From Dehalococcoidia bacterium (GTDB lineage: Bacteria; Chloroflexota; Dehalococcoidia; Lucifugimonadales; UBA3495): DNA of 64,000 nucleotides. Each line of letters opens with the position of its first letter. The first letter of the stretch is position 1. A model generated the notes under the pieces. It saw nothing but the letters and a program-made list of their open reading frames with translations. It had not been told where the DNA came from and did not search any database. Where the stretch lies: assembly GCA_965226825.1 (NCBI GenBank), contig CBDDED010000003.1:2825642-2889641 (forward strand), given 5' to 3'. Shown one piece after another: positions 62,651 through 64,000 of the stretch. The position numbers were made by a program, and so were the translations under genes.

Positions 62651-63001
62651 ATGCCAGTGATCGACATAGGGCGTTACCCATCCAGCTTCGACGTTTTCGT
62701 TTTGCTGCTGGCAATGACAACCCCCTTTTCACTGGGCCTGATAGCCGGGGGCCTGTACGGATGGTTAATCCCCCGGTTGGGGTTTTTGAGCGGCCTGTCG
62801 ATTGGCTTTTACATTGGCCTCGCGGTCAATTTCATTACGCCTTGCACATTCGCTGTCGTGGCCTACGCCAGCAGGGTCATTACGTTTGTATCCATACCGT
62901 TGCCCGAATACCTCGCTTGGCTATCCGTTGCTGTCAGCGTCGCGGTTACGGTTGGCATGTGCTGGAAGCATACCCCCAGCCAGGCCTTCCCCAAGTCCTA
63001 A
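62651..63001 (+). CDS. Small hypothetical membrane protein
   Basis: AAGGAG RBS; several hydrophobic helices; paralogue of 63196..63519. Confidence 0.6.
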   Translation: MPVIDIGRYPSSFDVFVLLLAMTTPFSLGLIAGGLYGWLIPRLGFLSGLSIGFYIGLAVNFITPCTFAVVAYASRVITFVSIPLPEYLAWLSVAVSVAVTVGMCWKHTPSQAFPKS

Positions 63002-63014
63002 GCTCCCCGGCTTA

Positions 63015-63134
63015 GAAACTATCTCAAAACGCGGTTCGACAAGCTCACCGTGAGCGGAACGAACCTTGTAATCCGTTCACCCTGAGCTTGTCGAAGGGCG
63101 CCGCCAAGAGCAAAGGCAGTTTTGAGATAGTTTC
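63015..63134. mobile_element. MITE family A copy with different REP-like cargo
   Basis: TIR GAAACTATCTCAAAAC / GTTTTGAGATAGTTTC, TTA duplication; interior TTCGACAAGCTCA...TGAGCTTGTCGAA. Confidence 0.9.
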
Positions 63135-63195
63135 TTAGTAACTTGCCCCAACCTGGCCGGGCAATGGCCTGGACTACAAACAAGGAGCTTGGACT

Positions 63196-63519
63196 ATGTG
63201 GCTTGACCTTTCCTTTGGCCCATTAGAAGTCATGGAGTTTCTGTATTGGGCCACACTCCCCTTTTGGACGGGCCTAATACCTGGGGTGCTATTGGGCAAG
63301 CTATGGCCCCGGCTGGGGGTTTTCGAAGGAACAATGACTGGCTTTGTTGTTGGATTCACCATCAATGCCGTAGCGGTTGGAACAGGGTTCTTTGTGTTGG
63401 TCGCTGGCATACGCATACCTGTGTCCAGCGAAGCTTACATGCTGGCCCCTGTTGCCTCATTGGCGGCTACGGTTGGCATATGTTGGTGGAATGGCGGCAG
63501 AGCGCAAGGGGCCGACTGA
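63196..63519 (+). CDS. Small hypothetical membrane protein
   Basis: AAGGAG RBS; TLPFWTGLIPG...PRLG...ATVGICW matches the upstream paralogue. Confidence 0.62.
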   Translation: MWLDLSFGPLEVMEFLYWATLPFWTGLIPGVLLGKLWPRLGVFEGTMTGFVVGFTINAVAVGTGFFVLVAGIRIPVSSEAYMLAPVASLAATVGICWWNGGRAQGAD

Positions 63520-63709
63520 ACCCCCAGGGCGGCTGTGCTTCCATGCCGGGACCGGGCGGTCTCAATGCTAGCGTTGACGCCGGAATGCTTCAGAGCCGTT
63601 TGCTCCGGCATCAAGACGGCGCGAGTCCCGCCGCTAGGTATTCTACGGCGGGACCCGCGCATTTCTTCATTAGGGTTATTGGGGCTGGAACCCCAGACTT
63701 GGAGGCGGG

Positions 63710-64000
63710 CTAGCGCCTCGCGCTGTCGTGGACGCTCAGCGTGCGCGGGGTCAGGTCGGCGAACTCGGCCACGTCGGAACCACGAGGCAGGAGGCCTTGC
63801 ACCCGGCGGGCCTGTGCTACTACGTCTTCCAGGTTGCCGTCCTGGGCCCAGTAGCTCTCACGAAGTATTTCGGCGTATTCGGCTACAACTGCCGCCAACT
63901 GGAACCTCGCCGAGGCATCCTCGAACCCCGCGGATAATTCACTCTGCTGCAAGGTCCGGGAGATCTCCAAGACCTCGCTGGTGTCAGGGTCCTGGTAGCG
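63710..64000 (-). CDS. C-terminus of a YfbK/DUF3520-like vWA-domain protein (truncated at window end)
   Basis: ASARFQLAAVVAEYAEILRESYWA...DVAEF. Confidence 0.7.
   Translation of the reverse strand, partial: RYQDPDTSEVLEISRTLQQSELSAGFEDASARFQLAAVVAEYAEILRESYWAQDGNLEDVVAQARRVQGLLPRGSDVAEFADLTPRTLSVHDSARR

Overview
GC-rich bacterial chromosome segment. The gene content (four luciferase-like monooxygenase paralogues, amidohydrolase, NIPSNAP, Ni-SOD, an acVLRF1 release factor, the Ahb heme route) suggests Chloroflexota/Dehalococcoidia (SAR202-like); this is inference. Core or metabolic loci are a tetrapyrrole operon (ahbAB, sirC/cysG-N, hemC, cobA-hemD, hemB), ilvD, malic enzyme, mutS2, rplY, hspR/hsp20, sodN and a phaQ-phaC-phaE/R polyhydroxyalkanoate cluster. 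Accessory loci are a damaged PLD-SNF2 helicase + HigBA + adenine methyltransferase defence locus, a DUF262+HEPN pair, Fic, PaREP1-like and DUF3800-like genes, two frameshifted TolB-like propellers sharing a C-terminal CILWICW tail, and one apparently intact IS630. The intergenic DNA carries many non-autonomous mobile elements: at least four terminal-inverted-repeat (MITE) families with target-site duplications, two of which enclose REP-like palindrome cargo, plus tandem arrays of that cargo. Top candidates for undescribed biology: (1) a Vms1/ANKZF1-like release factor apparently co-transcribed with MutS2, suggesting a bacterial ribosome split-and-release module; (2) IS-derived ends that carry interchangeable REP-type cargo; (3) a poly-C switch in the methyltransferase of the TA-embedded defence locus; (4) the CILWICW tail; (5) a small protein leading the HspR-linked hsp20 unit. 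No rRNA, tRNA or CRISPR array was recognised. All product calls come from motif recognition by eye; no searches were run.
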